A stretch of DNA of 60,092 nucleotides from Candidatus Bathyarchaeota archaeon (GCA_937898665.1 CALEIY010000017.1:1-60092), one strand, 5' to 3'. Numbered from the stretch's first letter, positions 45,230-54,559 are shown. Notes: generated from the sequence alone by a model not told the origin. Numbers and translations are program-made.

Positions 45230-45562
45230 TCAGATCCTCCTTATCTTTATCTCCCTCCTCTGCTGGGCCTGTATCTGAGCTAGGAGTCTTCGAAGCATGT
45301 CATCGGTTATCGGCAGCCTGATCCTCCCACTCCTCGCGGCCTGGATGAGCTGGAGCTCCAGCTGCTCGGCGTAGTCCGGCCTCACCATCTTGATATTCGT
45401 CAATCTCTGCCTCGCCTTAGGGGTGAGGATTCTCCAGAGGAGGAGCTGCTTCTGAGCCTCAGCCTCCCTGCGGAGCTCCTCCTCCCTCTGCTGAGCCTGG
45501 AGCTCCATCAGCCTCCTCAACTTAAGCCGTTCAAGCTCCTCATCCGACGACATCTCGACCAC
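45230..45562 (-). CDS. PDCD5/TFAR19-like dsDNA-binding protein
   Basis: [31 protein letters not shown], in the conserved position between rps19e and rpl39e. Confidence 0.8.
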   Translation of the reverse strand: MVEMSSDEELERLKLRRLMELQAQQREEELRREAEAQKQLLLWRILTPKARQRLTNIKMVRPDYAEQLELQLIQAARSGRIRLPITDDMLRRLLAQIQAQQRREIKIRRI

Positions 45563-46018
45563 CTAGTAGGCCTTAAGCTCGGGTATCTCCCTCTCCAGCT
45601 CCCGTTTGATCCTCGCCGCCATCGCGTCTAGGAGGCTCCTACCCTTAGGGGTGAGAACACGCCCCTTATTCCCATCCTTCTCCGCTAAGCCCGCCTCCTC
45701 AAGCTGCTGTAGTATATGCCTTATGATCGAGCCCCCCGCCTTTCTGAAGTGGGCTGGCTTGACGCCTCTACGCTTACGGCCTCCATAGAGCTTCCTCAGC
45801 CTTGAAACCCCTATTGGGCCTTTTATGTAGAGCTTCCTCAGTATCGAAGCCGCCCTGACATACCACCAATCAGGATTGTGGGGGGCCCGCTCGACGTGGG
45901 AACCCGTCTTCACGTACGCGGCCCACTCAGGTGGCCTAACCTCCCTCACATTCTCCTTTAGATATTTTGACAGCCTATCTATCAGGATGTCCGCCGGCAC
46001 ATCGTAGACCGTCGTCAA
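45563..46018 (-). CDS. rps19e: Ribosomal protein eS19
   Basis: [18 protein letters not shown]...[17 protein letters not shown]...[15 protein letters not shown]. Confidence 0.9.
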   Translation of the reverse strand: MTTVYDVPADILIDRLSKYLKENVREVRPPEWAAYVKTGSHVERAPHNPDWWYVRAASILRKLYIKGPIGVSRLRKLYGGRKRRGVKPAHFRKAGGSIIRHILQQLEEAGLAEKDGNKGRVLTPKGRSLLDAMAARIKRELEREIPELKAY

Positions 46019-46079
46019 CTCTGACCCCTTTTCCCTGAAGCGCTAAAGAATTGGAGATGAACCGACATAAATATATTCC

Positions 46080-46853
46080 CTACCCACCCCTCAGCCTTCT
46101 AAGGGTCTCCTGACATCCATAGCTCATCAGGGAGACGTCGCTTCCGATGCCGATGAATCTGAAGCCCATATCGATGAGCTCCCTGAGATGTTCGACGCCT
46201 AATCCATAGGCGATGCCTGGGGCCACTCCCGCCGCCTCCGAGGCCTCTATGACTCTCCGCATCATCTCCACCACCTCTGGGTGGAAGGGTTGACCCCTAT
46301 GCCCCGTCGAGGTGGAGAGGTCTGTTGGCCCTATGAATGTGGCGTCTACACCGTCGACGGAGACGATCTCCTCGACGTTCTCAACGGCTCTGCCGGTCTC
46401 GATCTGGACGGCGACGAACATCTCATCGTTCACATGGTCGAGATACTCCTCTGTTGAGACGCCCCACGCCGACGCAGGCCGCCCAGGGGCGCATCCCCTA
46501 ACCCCCTCCGGTGGATAGCGGGTATACCTAACCGCATTCTCAGCCGCCTCACGGGTCTCAACGAGGGGAACGACGACGCCGAGTGCTCCCGTATCCAGAG
46601 CCCTCTTAATGGCGTTCATATCGTTCCATACAACCCTGATCAGCGGGGTGGCCCCTGAGCCGCAGACCTCCCTCACCAATAGATCTAGGGTCTCAAAGCT
46701 GGCTGCTCCATGTTCCGTGTCGAAGAGAACCCAGTCGACGCCGCTTCGGGCGAGATTCCTCACCGAGACGGGGTGTAGTATATGAACCCAGGCTCCGAGG
46801 CAGGTTTCACCCCGCTTAAGCCTCCACTTCAACTCATTCCTCAGCCTAGACAT
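46080..46853 (-). CDS. HpcH/HpaI-family (class II, pyruvate-dependent) aldolase
   Basis: LKRGETCLGAWV...VDWVLFDTEHGA, VPLVETREAAE and VAVQIET motifs. Confidence 0.8.
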   Translation of the reverse strand: MSRLRNELKWRLKRGETCLGAWVHILHPVSVRNLARSGVDWVLFDTEHGAASFETLDLLVREVCGSGATPLIRVVWNDMNAIKRALDTGALGVVVPLVETREAAENAVRYTRYPPEGVRGCAPGRPASAWGVSTEEYLDHVNDEMFVAVQIETGRAVENVEEIVSVDGVDATFIGPTDLSTSTGHRGQPFHPEVVEMMRRVIEASEAAGVAPGIAYGLGVEHLRELIDMGFRFIGIGSDVSLMSYGCQETLRRLRGG

Positions 46854-46925
46854 GGTGAATCCTAATGGTCTAAAGGGGATTTAACCCTACCCCAGAACAA
46901 TTAAATCCCCGAGGCATATCCAAGC

Positions 46926-47708
46926 TTGATGCTTGAGGAGGTTCTGGAGGCCTTCAGGGGGGAGGCTGAGCGGTGGGGTTTGAGGGGTGTCCTCGGCTTC
47001 GCCCCCTTCGGAGACGTCTATGCTGCGCTGATGCCGATTCAGAGGAGGCGGCTTGAGGAGCTCTGCGGCGACACCATAGACTCCATGCGGGGCGCCATCT
47101 CCATCGCCTATGCCTATCCGAGGGAGGTTATCGAGGCCATACCCATGAGGGGGTATAGGGAGTCTTGGAACATCTATGCCAGGGCCTATCATAGGTTGAA
47201 TAGGGCCTTGAACCATACGGCGGAGAGGATCGCCGAGCTCGTCGATGGGGTCGCCGTCCCCGCAACCCTCGAGGGGTTCACCGGCAGTGTGGGGCATGTG
47301 AAGGATTTCTACGCCGCGACGGTCTCCCACAGGGTTGCAGCTGAGCTGGCTGGGTTGGGCTGGAGGGGGAAGAGCGGATTGATTGTGAATCCCAGATACG
47401 CCTCGGCGATTAGATTGGCCACCATCTACACCCCCCTATCGTTTCCATCTACGGGGCCGTCTGAGGGGGGATGCGGCGAATGTCGAGCCTGCCTTGAGAC
47501 CTGCCCGCTGCTGCGGGCTGAGAGGCTCGGCGAGGATTATAGGGAGCTGTGTCGGCGATACATCATCGCCCTTGAGCGGCGTGGATTGGAGGCCGATGTC
47601 TGCGGACGCTGTGTGAGGGCCTGCGTCGAATCCTTCGAGTCGGGATATATGAGTCGACACCTAAACCCAGATTGGATTAGGAGGCCCTACTACATCGACA
47701 TAGATTGA
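46926..47708 (+). CDS. QueG/reductive-dehalogenase-like iron-sulfur protein
   Basis: AAELAGLGWRGKSGLIVNP block, CGECRACLETCP, and a second Cys group C...CGRCVRAC. TTG start. Confidence 0.55.
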   Translation: MMLEEVLEAFRGEAERWGLRGVLGFAPFGDVYAALMPIQRRRLEELCGDTIDSMRGAISIAYAYPREVIEAIPMRGYRESWNIYARAYHRLNRALNHTAERIAELVDGVAVPATLEGFTGSVGHVKDFYAATVSHRVAAELAGLGWRGKSGLIVNPRYASAIRLATIYTPLSFPSTGPSEGGCGECRACLETCPLLRAERLGEDYRELCRRYIIALERRGLEADVCGRCVRACVESFESGYMSRHLNPDWIRRPYYIDID

Positions 47709-47746
47709 GGCGAGAGCCTTCTTACAGCCACTGTAATTCCATTCTC

Positions 47747-48646
47747 CTATGGGATTTTGAAGAGGGGGTGTTCCCTGCTGAGTTTTAGGCCTCCCCTCAT
47801 CGCTGGGAAGGCGTAGGCGGCGTCCACCATCGCTACGGCTGGATAGACGTAGGGGGCCTCCTCTATTGGGCCGTAGAGGAGGAAGTCGGCTCCGAGGGCT
47901 GCTGCCACGGCGTTGACGGCCGCCACCGCCGGCCTTCTGGCTTTGACTCCCATCTTCCTTTTCAGGCCCCTCCATAGGCCTATGGCGTTGTGGGGGCCGC
48001 ATCCAGATGGTAGTCCCCATCTGGACTTGGCTTCAGGTATGGCTTGGAGGGCTGCTCCGAGGCTTGGGATGTCCATCACGAAGGTGTCGAGAAGGGGTTT
48101 CTCGATGCCATATCCCTCAACGGCCTTTAGGAGCTCCTGGAGCGCCTTCAACCTTCCAGCTGAGGTGAGGCTTGAGACATTATAGGCGAGGAGTATGGCG
48201 CATTTGACTCCCGCATCCCTTATGGTCTCAAGCTCCTCTCTTCCGCATCCTGGTAGCAGCGAGTTGTAGACGATTCGGTTTGTAAGCCCCACCTCCCCAG
48301 CCCACTTCAGGGCCTCGATCCTAACCTCCGGCGTGGGGCCGCCTAGGAGGAGGGGTTCATCGGTGACGTCTGCCGCGAATTCCAGGTATCTCCTCAAGGC
48401 CTCCGAGGTAGCCCCCTCGACGTCCAGCATGGAGGGGTTCCCCGTCCGATCTGAGTACTCCTCCTGCAGCTTTATGAGCTCCTCAGCCTTCTCCTCGTCG
48501 AAGACTCCGCGGCGTTCATCCTCGACGATCCGCTGCTTCTTGTAGAATATTGTACCTATCAGCACCGTTGGGTCTCGACCTGGTATTCCGCCGACTTTGA
48601 CTCCGGCGATCTCGAAGACCTTCTGCTCAGCCTCCAGCCTCATCAA
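47747..48646 (-). CDS. MtrH-family methyltransferase (methylcorrinoid:tetrahydro(methano)pterin type)
   Basis: VFEIAGVKVGGIPGRDPTVLIGTIFYKKQRIVEDERRGVFDEEKAEELI...TGNPSMLDV closely follows the MtrH pattern. Confidence 0.85.
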   Translation of the reverse strand: MMRLEAEQKVFEIAGVKVGGIPGRDPTVLIGTIFYKKQRIVEDERRGVFDEEKAEELIKLQEEYSDRTGNPSMLDVEGATSEALRRYLEFAADVTDEPLLLGGPTPEVRIEALKWAGEVGLTNRIVYNSLLPGCGREELETIRDAGVKCAILLAYNVSSLTSAGRLKALQELLKAVEGYGIEKPLLDTFVMDIPSLGAALQAIPEAKSRWGLPSGCGPHNAIGLWRGLKRKMGVKARRPAVAAVNAVAAALGADFLLYGPIEEAPYVYPAVAMVDAAYAFPAMRGGLKLSREHPLFKIP

Positions 48647-49769
48647 CCTGCTCCACCACCTCGACGCCGCGTCTCCGGAGCTCCATGAGTATCTCCTCGA
48701 AGATCTTTGGCCTCAGACCAAGCCTCTCAGGGGGTATAACTCCCCTCTCCTCTATTCGCCCCTTCGCCAGCAGTTGGGCCACTATGGAGGTTGTGTAGCC
48801 CGTCGTCCTAGCCATCGCCGTGACGCCCCTCGCCCTGTCATATCTGTCGAGGAGGTGGAATCTGATGGTCTTCTCGGCTCCATCCTTCAAGCCCTTAACC
48901 TCCACCATCATCGCCAGGAGGTCTCCCACATCGGGCATCCTCAGATGCCTCTCCAGCAGCCTGGCGGTGAAGCGCTTTGGTGAAACCTTCACCCCCTCAA
49001 CCTCTATGGGCTCATCGTCGAAGAGGCCGAGGTCTCTGAGCAGCTTAACCCTCTCCACATGCCCAGGATACCTAAGCGTCTTCTCATACATGCTCTCCAC
49101 CCCCTTGAAGGTGTCGATGAGGGTTCTCAGGCCATCTGTGTAGAAGGCCTCCAAACGGCCGAGCCCTGGAAACTCGATCTCCTCGAGGCCGCTGAGGGCT
49201 GGAACCTCGACAACTCTGCCGCCCTCGACGATGCGGACGGGTCGTATATACTCGTCGATGAGTCCCTCAGCCGACCATGTTATCGTATAGCCCAGCGGTG
49301 GAACAGGCCTCTCAGGTATGCCTCCGACGAGTATGTGGGCCGCCCTCACCTCGTCGAGCTTCGAGGCCCCATAGCCCACCAGCATATTCGACAATCCAGG
49401 GGCCACTCCGCAGTCGGGGATGAGTGTCATCCCCCTCCGCCGAGCCTCCTCGTCGAGGATCAGCGGATTCTCAGGGGTGTAGGAGACATCCACCATGTCG
49501 ACGCCCATCTCAACGGCGGCCTTCATGGCGTTGAAGCCGTAATCCCCTGGCAGCGCCCCCACAGCTAGGTCGAATCCCTCAAGGGCCTTGGCTATTCCCT
49601 CCTTACTTGAGGCGTCGACGGTCGTCCACTCTCCACCGATCTCCTCAGCCACCCTCTGGGCCGCAGCCTTGAATTTGTCGCCGACGGTTATCTCAGCCTC
49701 CAGCGACTCCGAGAGGTCTTTGGCGATGGTGGAGCCGATCTTTCCGCAGCCGATGACTATGATTCGCAT
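48627..49769 (-). CDS. Saccharopine dehydrogenase-family NAD(P)-dependent oxidoreductase
   Basis: IVIGCGKIGS Rossmann motif, IPDCGVAPGLSNML, and TAMARTTGYTTSIVAQLL C-terminal block. Confidence 0.8.
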   Translation of the reverse strand: MRIIVIGCGKIGSTIAKDLSESLEAEITVGDKFKAAAQRVAEEIGGEWTTVDASSKEGIAKALEGFDLAVGALPGDYGFNAMKAAVEMGVDMVDVSYTPENPLILDEEARRRGMTLIPDCGVAPGLSNMLVGYGASKLDEVRAAHILVGGIPERPVPPLGYTITWSAEGLIDEYIRPVRIVEGGRVVEVPALSGLEEIEFPGLGRLEAFYTDGLRTLIDTFKGVESMYEKTLRYPGHVERVKLLRDLGLFDDEPIEVEGVKVSPKRFTARLLERHLRMPDVGDLLAMMVEVKGLKDGAEKTIRFHLLDRYDRARGVTAMARTTGYTTSIVAQLLAKGRIEERGVIPPERLGLRPKIFEEILMELRRRGVEVVEQVDEAGG

Positions 49770-49772
49770 CTC

Positions 49773-51218
49773 TTACACCTCCGGCCTCTGTAGGTTGTAT
49801 CTTTTGAAGATGGAGTTTACGACTTCCTCTAAGGCCTGTGCCCTCTCCTCTGGCATAGGTTTGGGTTGATGTTCTCTCAGCAGCTTCTCTACTCGTTCCT
49901 TGGCTCTGGTGATGATGTCCTTTGATCCGGCTTTCTTCCAGGCGTCGAGGGTGAGTCTGCAGACTACATCTGATGGTATGTATCTTTCTCTTCTGAAGTG
50001 CTTCATCGTATGCCTCTCACCCAGATAGTGGCCTCCAGGGCCCACCTTCTCTATGACATCCAGAGCCAAGGTCTCCTCATCGACATCGATGCCCTCCACC
50101 AACCTATAGGCCATGGCACACAGCTCATCATCAATAACCAACTTCTCCAAGGACTGACAATTCTCTGAGGCCAACATCCCTGGGCCTGAGACGACGTTTA
50201 CGCCGGTGAGAGCAGCCATCAAGATGCCTATGGCGGACTCGAAGCAGCACTGACCATCAACAACCTTAGAGTCGCTGAGGCCGAGGTAGCCATGGGTGGG
50301 CAGTCCATAATACTTACCTACCTCCGCTTCGGCGCAAGCCGTCATCATCGACTCTATGGCTCCAAGCCTCGCGGTGGCGTATCTCATGTCGAAGAGCGTT
50401 GGGGAGCCGCCGTAGATGACTGGGGTTCCAGCCCTTTTAAGCTGGGCGATGACGATGCCGCTGAGGATCTCGGCGTTCGCCTGAACGAGGCTTCCGGCTA
50501 TGGTCACAGGCCCTGTCGCCCCTATCTGGGGCGCAGCTATGATCTCAGCCGGTATCCCCCTCTCGGCGAGGTCTATGACATTCTGGGCCGTGACATCTCC
50601 CCACATGAGTGGTGATGTTGGGCAGCAGTCGAAGATGGCTCTTGGTCTGCGTCTCAATTCCTCTGGGCCTCCTACGGCTGCGTTCAGCATCTCAGCCATG
50701 TCTATGAGGCCCTGCTTCGAGAAGGCTCCAGTGATGATGGGCTTATCAGAATTCCTCAAAACGATATACAGCCTATAGAGGTCTGCGACAACATCTGGAA
50801 CATCGGAGGGAACTATAGCAGTGCTCTGCGCCCCTATGTGTTCGAGGGCGTCAGTCACCCTCACCAACTTCTCCAGGTCTCTCGACGTCCCCCTCCTAAT
50901 CTCTCCGGTTTCGGAGTCTAGGAAGTATATGGCTGCCGATCCTGGGTTGTAGACGACGTTGTCGCCTCCGATGAGGAGGCTTCTATCGCCGTCTCTGCTG
51001 TATAGCTCTATCTTGGATGGAGCCTTCTTCAGGCATTCCCTCGCCAGCTCCTCAGGGATCCTCACCCTTCTACCCTCAACCTCACAGCCATTCTCCTCCA
51101 GCAGCCTCAAGGCATTCTCATTTCTAACCTCCACCCCCACCTTCTCTAAGATGTGTAGAGTGGAGCTGTGTATCTCCTCTATCTCATCTCTCTCTAGAAG
51201 CTTGAATTCCCTAACCAT
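49773..51218 (-). CDS. MttB-superfamily methyltransferase, non-pyrrolysine member
   Basis: EIEEIHSSTLHILEKVGVEV N-terminus. 481 uninterrupted codons with no in-frame TAG. Confidence 0.85.
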   Translation of the reverse strand: MVREFKLLERDEIEEIHSSTLHILEKVGVEVRNENALRLLEENGCEVEGRRVRIPEELARECLKKAPSKIELYSRDGDRSLLIGGDNVVYNPGSAAIYFLDSETGEIRRGTSRDLEKLVRVTDALEHIGAQSTAIVPSDVPDVVADLYRLYIVLRNSDKPIITGAFSKQGLIDMAEMLNAAVGGPEELRRRPRAIFDCCPTSPLMWGDVTAQNVIDLAERGIPAEIIAAPQIGATGPVTIAGSLVQANAEILSGIVIAQLKRAGTPVIYGGSPTLFDMRYATARLGAIESMMTACAEAEVGKYYGLPTHGYLGLSDSKVVDGQCCFESAIGILMAALTGVNVVSGPGMLASENCQSLEKLVIDDELCAMAYRLVEGIDVDEETLALDVIEKVGPGGHYLGERHTMKHFRRERYIPSDVVCRLTLDAWKKAGSKDIITRAKERVEKLLREHQPKPMPEERAQALEEVVNSIFKRYNLQRPEV

Positions 51219-51312
51219 TTCTTTCGTCGATCTGGTCTATGATAAATTAAGTTTGACGATATACTCGCCCTTCAGCCGTTGAATCAGCCATAAATTGGAT
51301 GGCTCGCGTCTA

Positions 51313-52068
51313 CTATACGCCTATACAGGGCGCTAGGTAGTAGATGAGTCTCCCCTTTGGTATCTCGAAGTTCAGTTTGATGGGCATATCGGTTGAGAGC
51401 TCCAGGGTGGCTACCTCGCTGGAGGCCGATGCCGCGTTGATGATGTCCTGTAGATAGCTGAGGGTGAAGGTGGCTGAGCTCGGCTCCTCCACCTTCAGCT
51501 CTAACAGGTCTTCGGCCTCTAGGGTCCAGACGCTTGAGACGCTTCCCACATCGCCCTCGGCGCTGATCTTGAACTCCTCCTCGTTGATCTCAAGTTTCAC
51601 GTGTTCACCGACGAGGGAGGCGTCTTTAATCGCCCTCTTCAGGCTCGGCGTCAATATTCGGGCTGAGGCTTTGAAGAATATCTTTGGCGTCGGCGTCTCC
51701 TCCTCCAGGGGTTCCAGGAGGGGGATGAGAAATCTCCTTTTATGTCCCCCCCTCACGCATTCGATGGAGAGTCTCCCCTCCTCCAGCTTCATTCGAACTT
51801 GTTCTCCCCTCTCAACCCTGTCGAGGAATTTCAGGAGCTCCCTTATGTTGACGGTCAGCTTCGTCTCCTCATCGCAGAGATACTCGTCGAAGAAGTCTCT
51901 GGGCAATTCGAAGTCCACCATGGCGACGTGGCTGGGATCCATGGCTAGGAGCTTCAACTCCTCCTCGTCGATGTTGAAGCTTCCCTCCTCAACTATCACT
52001 GATAGGGCCTTAATCATCCTCTTGAAGGAGTCGACGCTGGAGAGCTGGATCTCGAACAAGGCTTCCAC
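51313..52068 (-). CDS. pcn: DNA polymerase sliding clamp PCNA
   Basis: FKRMIKALSVIVEEGSFNIDEEELKLLAMDPSHVAMVDFEL. 251 aa. Confidence 0.9.
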   Translation of the reverse strand: MEALFEIQLSSVDSFKRMIKALSVIVEEGSFNIDEEELKLLAMDPSHVAMVDFELPRDFFDEYLCDEETKLTVNIRELLKFLDRVERGEQVRMKLEEGRLSIECVRGGHKRRFLIPLLEPLEEETPTPKIFFKASARILTPSLKRAIKDASLVGEHVKLEINEEEFKISAEGDVGSVSSVWTLEAEDLLELKVEEPSSATFTLSYLQDIINAASASSEVATLELSTDMPIKLNFEIPKGRLIYYLAPCIGV

Positions 52069-52116
52069 CTTCGTTTTTGACGCTAATAAATGGGGTGATG
52101 ATGTTTAAATCCTTTC

Positions 52117-52437
52117 TCAGGTGTATTCACGCCAGGTGTAACCACATTTAGTGCATCTATAGAACTGGGTGGTACTCTCATCGATGCCCCTCGTCTGAAC
52201 CATCCACCAGTAGGCCTTGTTATTGCCGCATTTGGGGCATTCGATGGTGACCTGGGGCATCGTCCTCAGGCTCCGCTCCTCCTCTCCAACGACGACGATC
52301 TTATCCGTCTCTGGGGTGCTCCTCTGGTAGAGGATGCCCCCCTCCATCGACTCTTCATATCCGCATCTAGGACATCTGTAAGCCCTCTCCTTTCTATCGA
52401 CTATGAGGGCCGAACCACATTTGGGGCAGAACCTCAT
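52117..52437 (-). CDS. tfs: Transcription factor S (TFS / RpoM-like)
   Basis: CPKCG...CPRCG and CPKCGN...QTRGIDESTTQFYRCTKCG. Confidence 0.9.
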   Translation of the reverse strand: MRFCPKCGSALIVDRKERAYRCPRCGYEESMEGGILYQRSTPETDKIVVVGEEERSLRTMPQVTIECPKCGNNKAYWWMVQTRGIDESTTQFYRCTKCGYTWREYT

Positions 52438-52485
52438 TTCTCTAGAACCTCTTCCAGCGTTTTCCTTTACGCCTCTAAGCGCCTT

Positions 52486-53010
52486 TTAAGTCTTTTGATC
52501 GAGGGCTGAGGCTATAAGCCCCGCGACTCTCAAGGCCTCAGGCAGCCTCTCCCCCTCCCTAGTAGCCACCTTGAGGATGGAGGCTGCCTCCCTGCTGCGG
52601 AGGCCTATGGAGAGAACCTTAAGCCGTTCCCCGCCGATCTCCATCTCGAAGCCTATCGAGTAGGCTTCCTCCCTCCGCTCGGGCCAGCCGCCGTCGCCGG
52701 ATAGGGCGATGACGGGTCTCTCAACCTCTAGATGTAGGCTGTAGGGGTCTAGCCTAACACCCCTGAGGAGTTCTCGGTGTAGTAGTATCACCCTGATCTG
52801 GGGGTGGTGGCTTGACTCTCGGATCATCTCCGCAACCCTTAGGGTTGGCGAGGCCTCGTCTCCCCTCAGGTTGATGGCTAGAACTCCATCGAGCCATAGT
52901 GAGCCTCGATAGACGACCCCAACAACGGTTTGTAGGCTTCCCCTGGGTTTGGAGGCGATGCCTAGAACCCTGATCTCCCTCTTAATCCTCCTAATCTTCG
53001 CTATCCCCAT
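52486..53010 (-). CDS. DUF99 (UPF0215) family protein
   Basis: IRVLGIAS...VVGVVYRG..WLDGVL...RPVIAL layout resembles DUF99. Confidence 0.55.
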   Translation of the reverse strand: MGIAKIRRIKREIRVLGIASKPRGSLQTVVGVVYRGSLWLDGVLAINLRGDEASPTLRVAEMIRESSHHPQIRVILLHRELLRGVRLDPYSLHLEVERPVIALSGDGGWPERREEAYSIGFEMEIGGERLKVLSIGLRSREAASILKVATREGERLPEALRVAGLIASALDQKT

Positions 53011-53299
53011 CGCCCTTAATTCTCTCCAGCTCCCCTTTGAAGGCTGAGAGGAACTCCCTCAACTCCCCCTTAGTCCTCTCAGCCGCGTCTATGATGGCCT
53101 GCTCCGGCGTCTTATCCCCCTTCATCTCGACGAAGAGGATGGAGTAATCCATTAGGGGATGGGGCTTCGCATATCCGGCCATCCTCACCGCTTCATCCCT
53201 CAGCAGGGAGCTCTGGAGTAGATTCAGCAGTGTATGCCCCTCTCCCCCCACCGCTATCTCTATATGCCCCTCCCTCCGCTTGAGAACCTTCAACCTCAT
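52991..53299 (-). CDS. rpoL: DNA-directed RNA polymerase subunit L (Rpo11)
   Basis: GEGHTLLNLLQSSLLRDEAVRMAGYAKPHPL. Confidence 0.85.
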   Translation of the reverse strand: MRLKVLKRREGHIEIAVGGEGHTLLNLLQSSLLRDEAVRMAGYAKPHPLMDYSILFVEMKGDKTPEQAIIDAAERTKGELREFLSAFKGELERIKGDGDSED

Positions 53300-53898
53300 G
53301 CCAACTCCTCCGATCCATATGTTCTAGCTATCTTCCTCCTCTCAACCCTACCGCAGCGGGGGCATATGAGCCTCATCCTCCTCTGCTCCAGGAGTGAGCC
53401 GCATTTGGAGCAGAAGGCGTAGATGACGCCGTATCTCGACCCCTCGATGGAGAGCTGTGTAAATCTGTTCTTCGTGTTTATCACCCGCGCCTTCACTATG
53501 TCCCCGCTTCTAAGGGCTAGATTCATATTCTTCACGTCCAGCCCCACGCTGGAGATGTGGATCACCCCCGTGAAGGGGGGTGAGACCTCCACGCCCTTTA
53601 TATAGAATATCTCGACATTCGCCGTCCTCCTCTTCACGGAGCCTACCTCGCCGATGACGTCTAAGCCCTCCTCGGGGAGGATGGGCGTCCTCGTCCTCTT
53701 CGAGACCCTCACCTCCCTCCTCTCCAGATCGAATTTGACGTCTCCAAGCTCCGCCGACCGAACTACTCCATCCTCCTCATAGGCCCCGGGGCCGTCGAGG
53801 AACTCCTCTATGACTGCGAGCTTATCCCCGGGGAAGACGAGTCCGCTTCTCAGTCTCTTCACGCCCCTAGACATGCCGGCCTCCACCGGCTCGCCCAA
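53296..53898 (-). CDS. csl4: Exosome RNA-binding subunit Csl4
   Basis: N-terminal domain, S1 fold (GVIHISS...GDIVKARV), C-terminal zinc ribbon CSKCG...CPRCG. Confidence 0.85.
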   Translation of the reverse strand: MGEPVEAGMSRGVKRLRSGLVFPGDKLAVIEEFLDGPGAYEEDGVVRSAELGDVKFDLERREVRVSKRTRTPILPEEGLDVIGEVGSVKRRTANVEIFYIKGVEVSPPFTGVIHISSVGLDVKNMNLALRSGDIVKARVINTKNRFTQLSIEGSRYGVIYAFCSKCGSLLEQRRMRLICPRCGRVERRKIARTYGSEELA

Positions 53899-53914
53899 CT
53901 AAATCTCCCCGGCC

Positions 53915-54559
53915 TCAATTTAAACCCTTAGGGCTCTCAATCCTGTAGAGGTCTACCTCCACGAATCTCCTGGGCTTCCGGTGAAACCTGAACATATGGG
54001 GTATCTCCATCTCCATCTCGAAGAGGGCTGAGATCCTGCCACCTCGCCCCCGGATGTGTCTTCGGATGAACTCCCTCGTGCTACTCTTATGTATGCTATA
54101 CACCGCTCCAGCCAGCCTTAGAGCCTCGTCTAGAAACTCTATGTCCGCGTGGCGACGCCTAGTTCCGAAGGGGGGATTCATGATGACTGTGTCGAAGACG
54201 GCCCTGAGGGGTGCGACATCTCCGATGAGGAGGTGAAGGCGATCTGAGACGCCGGCCTTCGCCGCGTTCTCCCTGGCTGTGGAGATAGCTGTTGAATCGA
54301 TGTCGACGCCTACAACTGCCTCGGCCCCCAGCATTATGGCTCCTATGCCCAATCGCCCCGTTCCACATCCCAAGTCCGCGACCAGCCTACCTTTGATGTC
54401 GTCGTAGATGTATCGCGCTGTGAAGAGGAGCTCGGCTGCCACCCTTGGAGGCGTGGTATACTGCTCTAGCTCCGGATCTGGATGGGGGTGGGGTTTAAGT
54501 CTCCTCAGAGCCTCTTCCAGCCTCCTCCTGGGTATGATCTCCTCAGCATCTCTCCCCAA
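53915..54559 (-). CDS. METTL5-like N6-adenine RNA methyltransferase
   Basis: LEQYTTPP, DLGCGTGRLG, IMNPPFG. Confidence 0.75.
   Translation of the reverse strand: MGRDAEEIIPRRRLEEALRRLKPHPHPDPELEQYTTPPRVAAELLFTARYIYDDIKGRLVADLGCGTGRLGIGAIMLGAEAVVGVDIDSTAISTARENAAKAGVSDRLHLLIGDVAPLRAVFDTVIMNPPFGTRRRHADIEFLDEALRLAGAVYSIHKSSTREFIRRHIRGRGGRISALFEMEMEIPHMFRFHRKPRRFVEVDLYRIESPKGLN

Noticed and set aside
46887-47330. 147-aa minus-strand ORF overlapping the QueG-like gene
   Set aside because: The plus-strand frame carries the CxxCxxCxxxCP ferredoxin motif and QueG-like blocks. The minus-strand product is Pro/Gly-rich without motifs.
49773-51218. Looked for an in-frame amber (pyrrolysine) codon in the MttB-like gene
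   Set aside because: The ORF is continuous for 481 codons with a family-typical N-terminus. No TAG read-through is needed, so there is no evidence of Pyl decoding here.
51464-52108. 214-aa plus-strand ORF
   Set aside because: It is antisense to PCNA. The product is Ser-rich and low-complexity.
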